A DNA stretch of 64,000 nt from positions 13,888,001 through 13,952,000 of the forward strand of contig NC_092674.1 of NCBI RefSeq assembly GCF_964355755.1, read 5' to 3'. A program made the translations under genes and the position numbers. The notes beneath the pieces were generated by a model. It was not told the DNA's origin, made no database searches, and worked only from the letters and a program-made list of their open reading frames with translations. Shown here in pieces: positions 52,701 through 62,639 of the stretch (its first letter is position 1; every line of letters starts with the position of its first letter). The DNA comes from Antedon mediterranea. Lineage: Eukaryota; Animalia; Echinodermata.

Positions 52701-54851
52701 TCGCATTTAGATAGGATAAAGGCCGGTGCACACCGAACGCGAAGCAGCGAATTTCGCGTTAAAAGGTGACGCACGCGGCAGGCGACGGACGCTTCCAGTG
52801 TGAACATACAAGCGAACATTGTACGATAGTCGAATTTCAACTTTAACGCGTTGAAAACTACACGCGAATTTTCAAAAGTTGAACCTTGGTCAACTTTTTG
52901 AGGCGTCGTAAGCGCGGTTCTCGTTCGTCAACCAATCAGAACTCAGGAATATCCTTTATCATTGACGATCGACATCGCACCGACGGAAACAAGGTTGCTG
53001 ACGAGTTACAGATGACGGACATGAGCCAAAGCCCGCGGGAAACTCATGCCTTGACGGAGGTAGTGTTGTAACCAAACAAATTCGACTAAGAAACTTGATA
53101 CGAATAGCAACATGGAATGTGAGAAGTATGGCATCCGGAAAACTAGGCACAGTCATCAGTGAAGCAACTCACTACAACAAAAGTGTTTTGGGTGTAGCAG
53201 AGCACAGGTGGGCAGGACAAGGACATTTTAGACAAGAAGAAAGTGGTATGATAATCTTTTCAGGAAAGGAGATATCAGGCAATGGAGGTGTTGGAATTTA
53301 CCTTGAAGAAAGGACCTCTAAATCTTTGCTGGGATATAATCCAATAAGTGATAGGGGGTTGTCAGTAAGGTTGCATGGCAAACCCATGAACATTACACTA
53401 TTGTAGGTATATGCCCCAACAAGCACTGCAACTAACTAAAAAGTTAGAAAGAACTGACGGAATGGGGGATTTCCCTTCTTGTTGATGCTGGGCGCGGCCG
53501 AGCCTAGGTGAGAAAAGACATTGCTTTGATGAAATATAAAGTGCGTCTTATACATCGACGATATACAAAATACCGATGTTTTACTCTCCGTTAGGGGGTG
53601 CGTCTTATACACAGGTGCGACGTATACACCGACATATACGGTACACTAAATTCTAAAATATTTAATTAGGCCTGCTAACAACGACCTACTGTGTATTAGG
53701 CCTAGCCTAGGCTAGTTTAGACACGGGGCATAACGCGCTCAAAACAGAATTAAAGTGTGAAACAAATTTTGGATATATGTTTGAGCTCGTTGTTTTATTC
53801 AGTGTGTTTTGTTACTCTCAAATCCGAATACAATTAACAGAGAAATTAACATAAAAAAAAAAAAATTCCAAATTATTTTCGGATTTGACAAAAGCATATT
53901 TGGCAAATCAAAATTGATTACATTCCGATTATCAGGACCTACAATGGTATGATAACGTAAACTTACTGTGAGTTTTTTCCACTTAAATTATAATAGTATG
54001 AGGTTAATTAGGCATATTTCACATAACAGAATATCGAATTTTGTTTCTCAGGTTCACTCTGCAATCACGATCTCTTTTCGCGAATTCTAATCTCACATAA
54101 ATGGGCACTGAAATCATTATTAGCAACATCTAAGCTTATACAGTAGGCATATATTTATATTTATTAATTTTTTTTTATTCTTTTACTTGGTGTCATCGTA
54201 TTAATAGGCCTATTCGTGGATACTATTTAAAAAATACAAACAAAAGGTTTGTATTTTTTTACGATGGTTTCGCTGTATCCAGTAGGTTGTCTGTTTCTAT
54301 CAAAACTCTCAAATCAACCGGCGGACGCTTTAAATAATGTTGCCGATGACTTTTATGATGAGTTTGAAGAATAAAATGAATAATTAAAAATGAGGCGTAT
54401 GCATGATTGATTTCTATAATATAAATTCTACAAAAGCGTTGTCTCCAGTTTTCATTGTTTAGGACGACATATCGAGTATGTTGTTATACAGGCTATGATT
54501 GTTATTATAAAAATATGATATGAAAATAACTATTGTTGTTATGTTGTACCATGTTGAGTTGAAGTTTAACAGAACAATACATAGTTGTAATTGTTCTGCT
54601 AATTTAGTATTATTTATATATAATGTACTATACAGTACTTTAGGTATGTTATTACCGGTTCGCCCTTTAAATTTGAAAATTAAACCATTTATTTTAATCA
54701 CACTGCACTGAACTATATAGCACCCCGTATTAATAATGTTTGTAAAACTTACATTGGTTGTAAGATCCAAATTAGCATCTGCCTTGAGTAAAATAGTGCA
54801 AACATCTGTTTTGCCACTATGTGCAGCAGAATGCAAAGGTGTCCAACCATC
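11896..54851 (-). CDS. ROCO-family GTPase without a visible kinase: ANK repeats - death domain - Roc - COR - linker - 3 death domains (23 exons, about 1306 aa, 5'-incomplete)
   Basis: Exons: 54753-54851, 36144-36260, 34615-34705, 30603-30638, 30019-30270, 29239-29404, 28760-28863, 28350-28469, 27899-28012, 27231-27406, 24965-25054, 24425-24583, 23006-23254, 22285-22470, 21760-21915, 21392-21673, 16209-16289, 15583-15799, 14759-14914, 14216-14389, 13825-14124, 13011-13334, 11896-12167. All are GT-AG with compatible phases, total 3921 nt and have no internal stop. Confidence 0.88.
12650..12885 (-). mobile_element. tRNA-derived SINE
   Basis: Minus strand has a tRNA-like head (ggctaccaatccatggctcctgggttcaattcctg, B-box GGTTCAATTCC) followed by a body of about 200 bp. 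Confidence 0.5.
13011..13334 (-). CDS. ROCO gene exon: death domain 3
   Basis: FDDQDLLFFCEKLHQSWRRLAVRLGIKWDNV...MEVLVQWR...MIKALKQQGRVDLADSL; phase 1-1 exon, 324 nt. Confidence 0.9.
13825..14124 (-). CDS. ROCO gene exon: death domain 2
   Basis: VDDLTIDNVSREMDLSCRRFGVRLGLTWSKV...KMLKRWRRK...LCTALRQHGRNDLADLL; phase 1-1 exon, 300 nt. Confidence 0.9.
15583..23254 (-). CDS. ROCO gene exons encoding the COR domain (split by the Penelope-containing intron)
   Basis: LPIKWL, FLEYLHDIGEILFY, IVIDL..VVDKFKTII, LMQTFGLM, GYLPDDLFQR; ends in a CxC..H..C-rich segment. Confidence 0.85.
16577..16616 (-). ncRNA. Minimal hammerhead-ribozyme-like motif in the Penelope pLTR (copy 1)
   Basis: GACTTGATAATGACCCCATGATGGAGTCGAAACGTCGTTC: variant core, stem II GACcCCA/TGGaGTC, GAAAC-GTC. 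Minimal hammerheads are established in Penelope pLTRs. Confidence 0.6.
16708..19209 (-). CDS. Penelope-like RT + GIY-YIG endonuclease polyprotein (intact ORF)
   Basis: KPDKG, LYGLPKTHK, RPILS, SYDVSSLFTNVP, GVAMGSPLGP, RYVDD, FLG; GIY-YIG VVYKFKCDLCDASYVGYTCRHLYQRIVEH. Confidence 0.96.
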   Translation of the reverse strand: MLFYILFIGLDNDPMMESKRRSLLSVIFILCIYNKRTLIRNLKRDDQLHLFRRLEQCSKKLVSCETSIEFLQLCQNLGLTPTFAKVDQEKSKRWSNSAKFFEKNVISEELKAKLKLLSNLRKEINTIYTEIRSQCSSFRYLAILQTMTKLRCNQYGAEMNGHSKKIANLMYRGKNVDEHIINISSYRLSFFQKLALSRGLQFAYPHRVSSREIKANFEKAYWKLEPKIVGEETKELTAATLKSIALNYIERKGPSPPKALTRALGQLKKRDDIIITKPDKGSGVVVMDRSEYEHLLCEASVNNVSKFIPISTEQPRTRGRPMTHYHPLLKKEKDMISTVHKILPKEIAKSICQTGSRLAHLYGLPKTHKEKLSMRPILSATGTYNYKLAQWLDEKLKPLSQNAYTIDDVFSFAADIRSTVINASDILVSYDVSSLFTNVPLTETIQIIADKAFTNNWFNDNYGLNLDKDDLIVLLNIATKDQLFQFNGNLYEQVDGVAMGSPLGPLMANVFMCHIEERLESTNHMPKYYKRYVDDTLVFMPNLEAANEFLALLNTTHPAIAFTMETAVNNSIPFLGMLITKDLEKLHTRVYRKPTDTGLLLHYNSHVDNKYKRSLIITMLNRAYKLSSTHQLFNDECEILRKIFKRLKYPDELITTTIQNFKPAESNNNTAEDETDLSEIPVRIILPFKDQKSANSVKRQLCQLSHKINKNIVPVFISKKVKDNIRKVEKKPTIISQQCVVYKFKCDLCDASYVGYTCRHLYQRIVEHSRCLIGQHLKDHKVIVNPSKINSCFSILRKCKNKFDCLIYEMLYIRQLKPSLNKQSDSVKAKLFI
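19145..19184 (-). ncRNA. Minimal hammerhead-ribozyme-like motif in the Penelope pLTR (copy 2, overlapping the ORF start)
   Basis: Identical to 16577-16616; contains the in-frame ATG ATG of the ORF. Confidence 0.6.
21041..21080 (+). ncRNA. Minimal hammerhead-ribozyme-like motif in the inverted Penelope pLTR (copy 3)
   Basis: Same sequence on the + strand. Confidence 0.6.
24425..29404 (-). CDS. ROCO gene exons encoding the Roc GTPase domain
   Basis: VPEEILARG lead-in; P-loop GLENVGKTS; G3 LWDFGGQPIY; VVCVVFNL; G4-like LIGTHYE. Confidence 0.92.
25517..26834 (-). mobile_element. Non-autonomous Helitron (about 1.3 kb) in a Roc intron
   Basis: Minus strand reads A|TCTATATATAAATT ... GAGGGGGAGCGAGCGAAGCGAGCTCACCCTCTAG|T: 5' TC, 3' GC-rich hairpin + CTAG, inserted in an AT dinucleotide, no TSD. 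Confidence 0.85.
30019..30270 (-). CDS. ROCO gene exon: death domain 1 (N-terminal to Roc; absent from the ORF track)
   Basis: ITTKELINIAIHVINWEQLAVNLEFTMAEIDHFKQDNP...YNMLDAWAMK...LVKALMKSDEKELANII; phase 1-1 exon, 252 nt. Confidence 0.88.
30684..31178. mobile_element. MITE-like element with internal ~30-bp subterminal repeats
   Basis: Ends tgttacaactgctaa / ttagcggttgtaaca; repeated agctaatgtagaaac-like units. Confidence 0.55.
31598..32371 (-). mobile_element. HINE/DINE-1-like (Helentron-associated) non-autonomous element
   Basis: Minus strand starts TTTTTAGTCGCGTGGACGCGACT (palindrome), then a (CTGT/CGGT)n microsatellite; a matching subterminal CACGCGACT plus hairpin lies near 31600-31630. 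Confidence 0.7.
32600..33911 (+). mobile_element. 5'-truncated degenerate CR1/L2-type LINE
   Basis: LIMFADDTNMF, FLGVIIDEKLNF, YKTLILP, LQKKALRII, HTYSTR across frameshifts; AATAAA then an (AATC)n tail at about 33886-33911. Confidence 0.85.
34615..36260 (-). CDS. ROCO gene exons: degenerate ankyrin repeat and capping repeat
   Basis: 36144-36260 NGDNAMQVCA...GSMDIYNKNK; 34615-34705 EGKSALDC...KKEIINILK. Confidence 0.75.
35045..35440 (-). mobile_element. Degenerate DINE/HINE-like element
   Basis: (aaac)n microsatellite followed by ggtgaaaacgtgacctcc, resembling the DINE-like core in reverse. Confidence 0.4.
37106..37836. mobile_element. 731-bp composite MITE, copy A (9-bp TSD, Mutator-like)
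   Basis: TIRs of about 50 bp, GCGAAATTTTCTTTACTCG.CAGATAAGGCAGAAATCATGAATAATTCATT; TSD GGCCGGGCC at 37097-37105 and 37837-37845. Confidence 0.9.
37205..37578. mobile_element. PIF/Harbinger-type MITE nested in the composite MITE
   Basis: TIR AGCCGATTTTCCACTAGGCGAATTTGTTC.CGCGAATC with TAA TSD; also present in copy B (40026-40399). Confidence 0.88.
38182..38764 (-). mobile_element. Solo LTR (Gypsy-type), related to the LTR at 62640-63253
   Basis: TGTAATATAA...TTATATTACA ends, 4-bp TSD CTAG on both sides, clear reverse-complement similarity to 62640-63253. Confidence 0.9.
39128..40696. mobile_element. PIF/Harbinger-type MITE (host of composite MITE copy B)
   Basis: TTA|AGCCCCTTTCTCACAGA ... 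TCTGTGAGAAAGGGGCT|TTA. Confidence 0.88.
39927..40657. mobile_element. 731-bp composite MITE, copy B
   Basis: Appears identical to 37106-37836 (offset 2821) but has its own TSD, GTACCGGTA, at 39918-39926 and 40658-40666. Confidence 0.9.
40772..42925. mobile_element. Foldback-like element with arrays of inverted subterminal repeats, interrupted by a LINE fragment
   Basis: Repeated gagacccccactaaaacgtctcaatatta..tatagggggtctctgttttcgag modules at 40790-41000 and inverted at 42690-42925. Confidence 0.65.
41000..42192 (-). mobile_element. 5'-truncated L2/CR1-type LINE (RT C-terminal half, open frame)
   Basis: ORF 41196-42176 has DFKKAYDLIDH, GIPQGSWIGP, KFMDDTT, LESIQRRALRI; 3' UTR with AATAAA and a (TTTATCAG)-like tail near 41000-41030. 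Confidence 0.9.
46154..46600 (+). repeat. Direct repeat (about 100 bp, period 348) enclosing a tRNA-like sequence (46411-46482)
   Basis: aatacggaactttcgccaatgagctatgc... at 46154 and 46502. Between them: A-box (taatctagtgg), stem CTCGC/GCGAG, B-box GGTTCGAATCC; the acceptor stem is broken. Confidence 0.65.
46600..46701. repeat. (TA)n/(TATATG)n microsatellite
   Basis: Directly visible. Confidence 0.95.
46720..50412 (+). mobile_element. Degenerate CR1-type LINE (zinc-knuckle ORF1 end, APE, RT)
   Basis: CYGCGGFGRIRKFC; GQINVRSL, SETWL, LLGDFNI, SDH; NYRPIS, DISKCFDSIDH, GIPQGSVLGP, FADD; many stops and frameshifts; aattc-type tail at about 50400. Confidence 0.9.
52320..53440 (+). mobile_element. 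5' portion of an RTE-clade LINE (5' UTR + APE), interrupted by a Harbinger-like MITE fragment at about 52720-53000
   Basis: RIATWNVRSM...LGVAEHRWAGQGHF...GVGI...PISDR...NITLL*VYAPTS; MITE end taa|aggccggtgcacacc. Confidence 0.8.
53470..53642 (-). mobile_element. Fragment of the same pogo-type MITE family as 37864-43923
   Basis: Reverse-complement similarity to 37864-38090, ending gtatacaccgacatatacgg|ta. Confidence 0.85.
54753..54851 (-). CDS. Ankyrin-repeat exon (99 nt, phase 0-0), assigned to the ROCO gene
   Basis: cag|DGWTPLHSAAHSGKTDVCTILLKADANLDLTTN|gtaagt, a canonical 33-aa ANK repeat. Confidence 0.88.
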
Positions 54852-55172
54852 CTGAAATATTACAAACATTATGTTATAGTATTTTGTCACTTTACAACAA
54901 ACAATCTAACGTTGTACTAAATCAATTAGATCTGATCATGTGTAATACTAATTCAATTAAATAATTAAATATATATATTTAAAGTATGTGCAATCAGTGC
55001 TACTAAGCGCCTTTGATGATTACATTGGTTAGTTAATTATTGCAATACAAACACATACATATTAAAGTTACTTTTTAGGTTGTTAAATTATACTGGTATG
55101 TATACTTCTTGTATCTAATTTGTAAACAAAAAACTTTGTAATGTTAAACCATTGGACAGTGTGTGTGATATG

Positions 55173-56025
55173 TGTAATATATCATGTATCTAATTTATAA
55201 AAAAAATATTATTTTAATTAGACTTTCATTAGGCATAATGTGTATATACCAGTTCCAGAAACAAATGAAATACGATTATTGATGAAAGTATGAAAGCACA
55301 CCTAAAAGGGACAATGGTTAAAATATGAACTCAATCATCACTGTGATGAATTGGGGATATCTGCGTTAACGCACAAAGTGTACAGAAACAAACGTCTTGA
55401 AATACGCACATATAGACCGGTAGGTACCAATATCTGACTATTTAAGTGTGTTGGGGGTCACTTGAAGTAAATGAAAATGGGAGTCTGCCGGGTACCCCCT
55501 GCTGCGTCTAGACCGGGGAGACCCCGAAACGTGCTAAAAAATCGGCCCAGGTTAGATGAGAGAGATACCACCTAATTTTACCACCACGGGATGCCCATTG
55601 GCATCCTTATACCAGTATCACAAACGACAGACTTTTTCTCTCCTGCAAAAGGCCCGCCAGACCCCCTGAGGGTGGGCCCAAAATGGGGTTAGCATAGATG
55701 AGTGAGGTACCACTCAAAATTAATGCCAAATGAACTAATACTAAATGGATAACAACAGACTAATTGTCTGCTGCACCGCAAGTGCCAGACACCCTAAAGT
55801 TAGACTAGGGACCCCCTTCCCCAAACTAGCCCAGCTTAGTGGAGCTCGACCGAGTAACATCGTTTGGATTGCTCCGTTAAATACCATGATTTAGTGGACT
55901 TTACCTTCAAATCAGTCTACTTAATTATCACTATTTTAATTATTTACTGCCTATATCAGCTAAGTATAACTTATATTTTCTTCTGTGCATTGTTTTTAGT
56001 TTGATTAAAGTGATTTTATATTACA
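55173..56025 (+). repeat. 5' LTR candidate (853 bp)
   Basis: TGTAATATA...TATATTACA inverted termini immediately followed by a TGG-starting PBS. Confidence 0.7.
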
Positions 56026-59000
56026 TGGTGGAAGACCCAAATTTTATAGGAACAGAGTTAGCAAACATAATAACAAGAAAACAAGAAACAAACACAACAA
56101 GAGACGAATAAGAAGACAACCAGATATTTGTTTGAAAGGAGAAAACCAGAAATTTATTTTTACACAAAGACAAGCTGAAATTTATAGTTGAATGAGAGAA
56201 GTAGAATTTTTCTTTCAAGTAAGCATTTAACTGGATCGAGACAAGCAGAAATTTTTTCAAGTAGGCCTAAGCATTTTACCCGGATCGAGACAAGCATAAT
56301 TTTTTTTTCAAATTTGTATTTTAACTGGATCGAGACAAGCAGAATTTTAAATTTCATATAACCGTTGGACGAAGACAAAGAAGATAATCAAGGAAGACAC
56401 GAGAAGAATCAGAACGGAAAACAGAAGCAAGCGGACAAGAACATTTCATTGGACACTTTCAACTTTTTTTCAAACGTTTTTTTTAACATTTATTTTTTTT
56501 TAAATTTTGAAATTAGACCATTTTGAACATTGATGAACACTTTTCGCATTTCTTGAATTCGTTGGTTGAACATTTGATCATTGATGAACACTTTTCTCAT
56601 TTCTGGAATTCGTTTGAACATTGTTGAACATTTTTTTTGCATTTCCTTTACTTCGTTTTTAATTGGATCTGAAGCATTGGGGTAAGTCAAAGCCATTTTG
56701 ATTTTGAATTGTAACCTTGATTGAGAAGTGAGAGCTTATATATATACACTAAATTGTTTTTGATATTTGATTAATAATCTTATAAAGTATGGTTGACGTT
56801 GATAATGAAGTAATTGTAAATGAGCCTGTCCAACCTCATCCCGTGCCCCATCTAAGACAAACAGATTTCCTTCCCAAAAGATACGATGGTTCCATCACCG
56901 ATCACGAACAATGTAGTGCACACTACTTATCGTTTACCGACTACCTTGAGGCCCACACTTTAGAAAACCCTGAAAATAATGCCCAATTACTTAATGTCAT
57001 AAGTATTTTCAAACGTAGCCTTCAGGGCCAAGCTAGACTCTGGATCGAGGGAAAGCAGTTCGATTCTCTGGAATCCTTGAAAACCCAATTCATTAATAGG
57101 TTTTGTAAAACAAATCAATCTATGCGCACATAAGAGAATACGATTCAATTACTTATACCACTGGCGACAATGCCGAAAAACATTTAACCAGAATCAAACA
57201 AGCCGCAGACAGAATTGGCTACGCTGACCAGCAGATAAAGAATACATTTATTTCGACCCTTCTACCAAAATGCAGAGCAGCTGTAGCCATGTCCTCCCCA
57301 ATCGATGCCACTATTGACAATATCGTAAATAGCGCACAAAATTACTTTGACCTTTCCGTGGAGGATTCCCCACGGGAAGTTTCATCCAATATCAACAAGG
57401 AAACAAATAATAGTCTTGAATCCCTCTAACATGAAATTAATTCTCTTAAGTTAGATATAGCCACAACAAAACGATCCCTTAATGATGATACTCGACGCTC
57501 ACGTTCCCCCACCCGAAATTATACACCAACAAGACGAAACCGAAGCCCAAGTCCCTACAACCCCCGGTTCCAGATCCCACCTACCCCAACCTGTTATTTC
57601 TGCGGGAAGCCAGGCCACATAGCAAGGCACGGCCAACAACGAAACCGTCCTTACGGAAACTACCCCCACCATACCCATACCAACAGTCAAACAATTACTA
57701 CCCTAGCCACCAGCAGGATTTTTAAAAAGGGGACTAGATGCCGCCTATAATCTGGCCCCCCATACTAAACACGCCAATTTTTAGGCAAAATACTTAGGGA
57801 ATTCAGATAAGATTGATTTGTTACATAAGGTCAGAAATTACGTTAAAGGAAATTTACCAGATGGTAGAAATGTTTTAACTTTATTTGACAGCGGTTAAAC
57901 TAGAACTATAATCTTACAATCGTACGTTAATTCCTCACTTTATTTATCGCGTCGAAAGCCAGTTGAAGTGAACACAACTAAATTTCGATTAGGTAACGAT
58001 TTCTTGTACGCCAACCACTTAGTGCAATTCGAATTATTTATCCAAGGACACAAATTTAAAATGTCAGCATTAATCGTTAAAAATTTGACAGGTATTGACC
58101 TGATACTTGGAACCGAAACATTGTCTGAACTCGACGGTACTTTAAATTTTAAGGAAAACACCTTTCGCATTAGACCAAAGGTTTTTAGCTTTCGTCCTGT
58201 CTACAAGATTTTTCTTAAACCCGGTGATACTAAAACAGTTAAATTAAAAGGAAGGGTTCCCGCCTATGTACGTAATTCTGATGTTGTTCTACATGCAACT
58301 ACCCATATTTCTAAACTTTGTCCATCAGATATGTTAGTAAAATTACATAGAGGAGAAACCAACATTGATATCACTAACAACACAAACAGAAACGTATCTC
58401 TTAATACACATCAACCTATCGCGAGCCTTCACTTAACCAACCTTGTAACAGTTACTAACGACCTACCAATAGATAGAATAAAGTTGACCAATGACAACGC
58501 AAACAAGTACCCACACTCAGAACGTACAGACCCATTGCTATCTTTAACTGAGGAAGAAATAATCAGAAAACAAGTTGATTTAACAGACAGCGTTTTAACA
58601 AATAGAGAAAAAGAAGATCTATTATAAAACATTACAACAAAACAGAAACGCATTTTCCCTATATGGTGAACAACTATCTAGCTGCCCAAACTTCAAAGCT
58701 GACATACACCTCTCTAATGATGAACCATTTTTTATTCGACCATACTTCGCGACAGACAAAGACAAACATGTTATTGAGGCCGAATTGAACAAATTAGTCA
58801 AACTAGGAATCTTAGCAGTAGGACACCAATCGTATACTTCACCCGTCCTTCTTGTTTCAAAGAAAACCAATTCCCCTTGTTAGCCGAAACTTTGAAAACA
58901 ATATGTAACGCTAATGCACAGATTCTTAGCGTAATTGATTTGAAATCAGCGTTTCACTGTGTACCATTAGCCGAACATGCCCAACAATATACAGGTATAG

Positions 59001-62000
59001 CTTCATATCACGGTGGAAAACATTATTATTATAAGAGATTAGCACAAGGATTAAACGTTTCACCAGGTATATTTCAAGCAAAAATTGACGACATTTTAAA
59101 TGAAATTCCAAATTCTAGAGAATTCTGTATCGCCCATCTTGATGATATTATTTTATTTAGCCAAGACAAATTTGCTCATAATCAGCACCTTGTTTCCGTT
59201 TTACAAGCCCTACATTCAAATGGTTTTAGAATTTGTCCAAAGAAATGTAAGTTATTTAAGAATAAAGTACAATATGGGACACACCATCCTGATTAATTCT
59301 TCAGGCCACGCATGTATCACACCATTAGGCGACAGGTGTGCAGCCATCCGAAATTTGCCAGTCCCACGAACCCATAAAGAAACTAAACGATTTATTGGTG
59401 CAGTAAATTATGTATCCCATTTTTTCCCTCAAATACAATCAATTTTACGCCCGTTACATACACTCGCAAGTAAACGCCGAAAATGTGTTTGGTCTACTGA
59501 ACACCAGAAAGCATTTGACGAAATTAAACAATTAATGGTTAAACAACCTACTCTTCAAATGCCTAGAAAAGAAGGTAGATTTACGCTATATAGCGACACT
59601 TCAAGAACCGCAACAGGTTCATATTTAACACAAACAGTAAACGGCAAAGAACACATAATAGGTTATTATTCCAAAATCCTACCACAAGCCTGCCAACGAT
59701 ATAGCGTCACAGAATTAGAGTTATTCGGACTTTAAATTAATGTCTCAGCATTTCGACACTTACTAAAGGGTTGCGAATTTGATGCATTCGTAGACCACTC
59801 AGCAATTGTACAAATTTGGAATTCAAAAGATCAGCCATGTTTACAGAAACTAATATTACGATTGTCCGGATACATTTTCCAAATTGGTTATAAGAAAGGA
59901 ACTGAATTAGTCTTAGCAGATTTTCTCTCCCGAGCCCCTCTTGATGACGATTCCGAAATTGATCAAGTTGTACCCATTGCATTCAATATAACAGAGACTG
60001 AATCTCTTAACCCGATTACAAACACATCTACTAGCAGACCAGTAACGAGGTGGAGAATTTGTATTGCAATTCGCTGTTCCTGAAAACTTAGCAGAGACTA
60101 TTATTTCTCAGTATCACGACAATTTGTTAAGTAGCTACCAAGGTACGATGCGTACTTACCTCACTATTAGGAAATTATTTTACATGCCCCTTATGTTCGA
60201 GAAAGTCAACAATTATACTCAAGCGTGTCTTAGATGTCAACAATTTCGTTCCAAAACCGATAAATTACGTACTTTACACGATCGAGTACCAGCAACTTAC
60301 AGTCCCTTTCATACACTTAGTCTAGATTTCAAGAGTATGCCAACATCACCTTCAGATTTTAAACATATTATGGTAGTATGTGATGAAATTACTAGATTTT
60401 TGATTTGTGTACCTTTGAAATCCATTGATGCCGAAACAATTTGCGAAGCACTAATTCAAAAGGTAATCAGTATTTTTGGACACCCATCTCGTCTTATTTC
60501 AGATGCAGCCACCTCCCTTACAGGAAAATTATTAACACTCTTATGTAACACCCTTAACATTGATAGGAAAATCATCAGCTTCCATAATCAAGGTAGTTTA
60601 CAAGTTGAACGTCATATTCGCACCGTATCGGACCTGTTAAAGGGCAACCTTAACCAATTCGGAACAGATTGGGTTAGATTTGTATCAACAACATGTTATG
60701 CTTATAATTCTTTCTCATCCCCACATATAGGAAACCACTCCCCTTACGAATTAGTTTTTGGCCACCAACCTCCAAGTTTGACCTCATTAGCATTTAACCC
60801 TATTTCAGGATTGTCTCATTCCTATGAAGAATACTTTGAACACCTCAAGAAGAAATTTCAAAACATTTCACAGACAATGCTACAATTACAGCGAACACAA
60901 CAAAACGTGCAAAACTCGAAAAATTCCCAACGCTTAGAAAAAAGTCCAATTTACTCAGTAGGACAACTCGTATATCTATATACAAGCCAACATCATCCTC
61001 ACTAACGGCAAATTAAAAGATAAAAGCCACAGAATGGGTAATTAGTAATTCATGAAGTACTAGACAGAACACACTACATCCTAGCAACGATTAAAGGAGA
61101 AATGCTTCGCGACGTATTCAATTATAACAGACTAAAACCATGTTTTATGAGAACACCTAAAGAACTAAAAAATTTTACACATTTCCAAAAACTTAAACAA
61201 TTGTTGAATGAACCCACTGATGATAATAATGAGAAAATTCAGAATACCATTAAATGTAGTAAATGACGAAACCAATGTTGAATTTGTCGACGAACATGAT
61301 AGGACACCCACCATATTGCAATCAGATACCATTCACATCCAACTAAAGCAGATTGCCTTAACTTGCAACCTTACATTGACTGTGTAGAGAATAACATGGG
61401 ATTAGCAGCCCCATTCCAAATGAAAGAAGAACAAATTAAGGAACAAACTAATTTAATTATGACAGCACCTAATGATTCAAATATGAATGAATAAATGAAT
61501 GAATGAATATTAAACCGCCGAGGTAGATTTAAGATTTAAAGCAGGACATTTCCAAGTTTTAATTTCATATTCTAAACCGACTTCAGCCAAACGCAACACT
61601 AATAAAACAAAACACGAATCTAATGATCGCAAATTTTGGAATATCGACAGATATAACGATACAGATAAATTGATTAAAGAGATTATTAATGATAAACAGA
61701 TATGATACCGATAAGTGGATCGCCAAAACGATTCATAAAACGTTTGTATAATGCAACGAGTTACTGATTTAATTTGTTTGCAAGAATTTTTTTTAATTAC
61801 AACATTTACTAAATTAATGATAGCATAGTCTACGTATTTGATTTGATTTGTTTAGTAACGATGTGATTTCAGTTAAAAGAGAATTGAATTTATGATTAAG
61901 TATTGATTTTGTAACGAGATTTAATTTTGAATTTTGATGATCGATATATTGAGATATTGAAAATAACGACAATCATTTTGTAACAAATATTTTGTTTAAC

Positions 62001-62639
62001 CTTTGAGTCGTTAATCTCAAACATTAATTAATTTATATACAAAAACAGGAGATTTTATTAGTAGGCCTACTTTTAAGTACAAAAGTCAAATTTGTCGACC
62101 GATTGAAATCGTAATTACCTGTGAATATAAATGCTTAAATCGATAAAGTTGTGATGATAACGATATATTGTGGATAAGTTTGTGTCAATGGGGAACACAC
62201 ATTTGTTTCTTTTAAAGTTTAAAGTGATTAAGTTTGATATTTTGAGTTAATTATTAATTTTAGGCTAATCAGCCACAGTTTCTTGAGTGTTATGTAATAA
62301 TTTGATGATTTATGTTTGAAGGCCATTAGAACGCGATGAGTTGTCGCACGATTTGATGTATGTTCAATGTAACATACTATTTTAAAGTTTTGTATTGTAT
62401 TTGTATTTTTCACCGATTTTTGTTTGATTTACTCGAATTTTATACCAATTTCATTTTAATTTCAATTTTTTTAAGAGAGAAAAGAGATAAGTGATAAGGT
62501 TACACTTCATAGTCAATGGTTTTGGCTAACTCATTTGTTTTGCTTTTTTTTTCCTTTTATATAACTTTAATTTTGCATGCCACTATTATAACCATTTTTA
62601 TATTTTAAATAGATTAGAAAAAAAAGGGAAACAGAGGGA

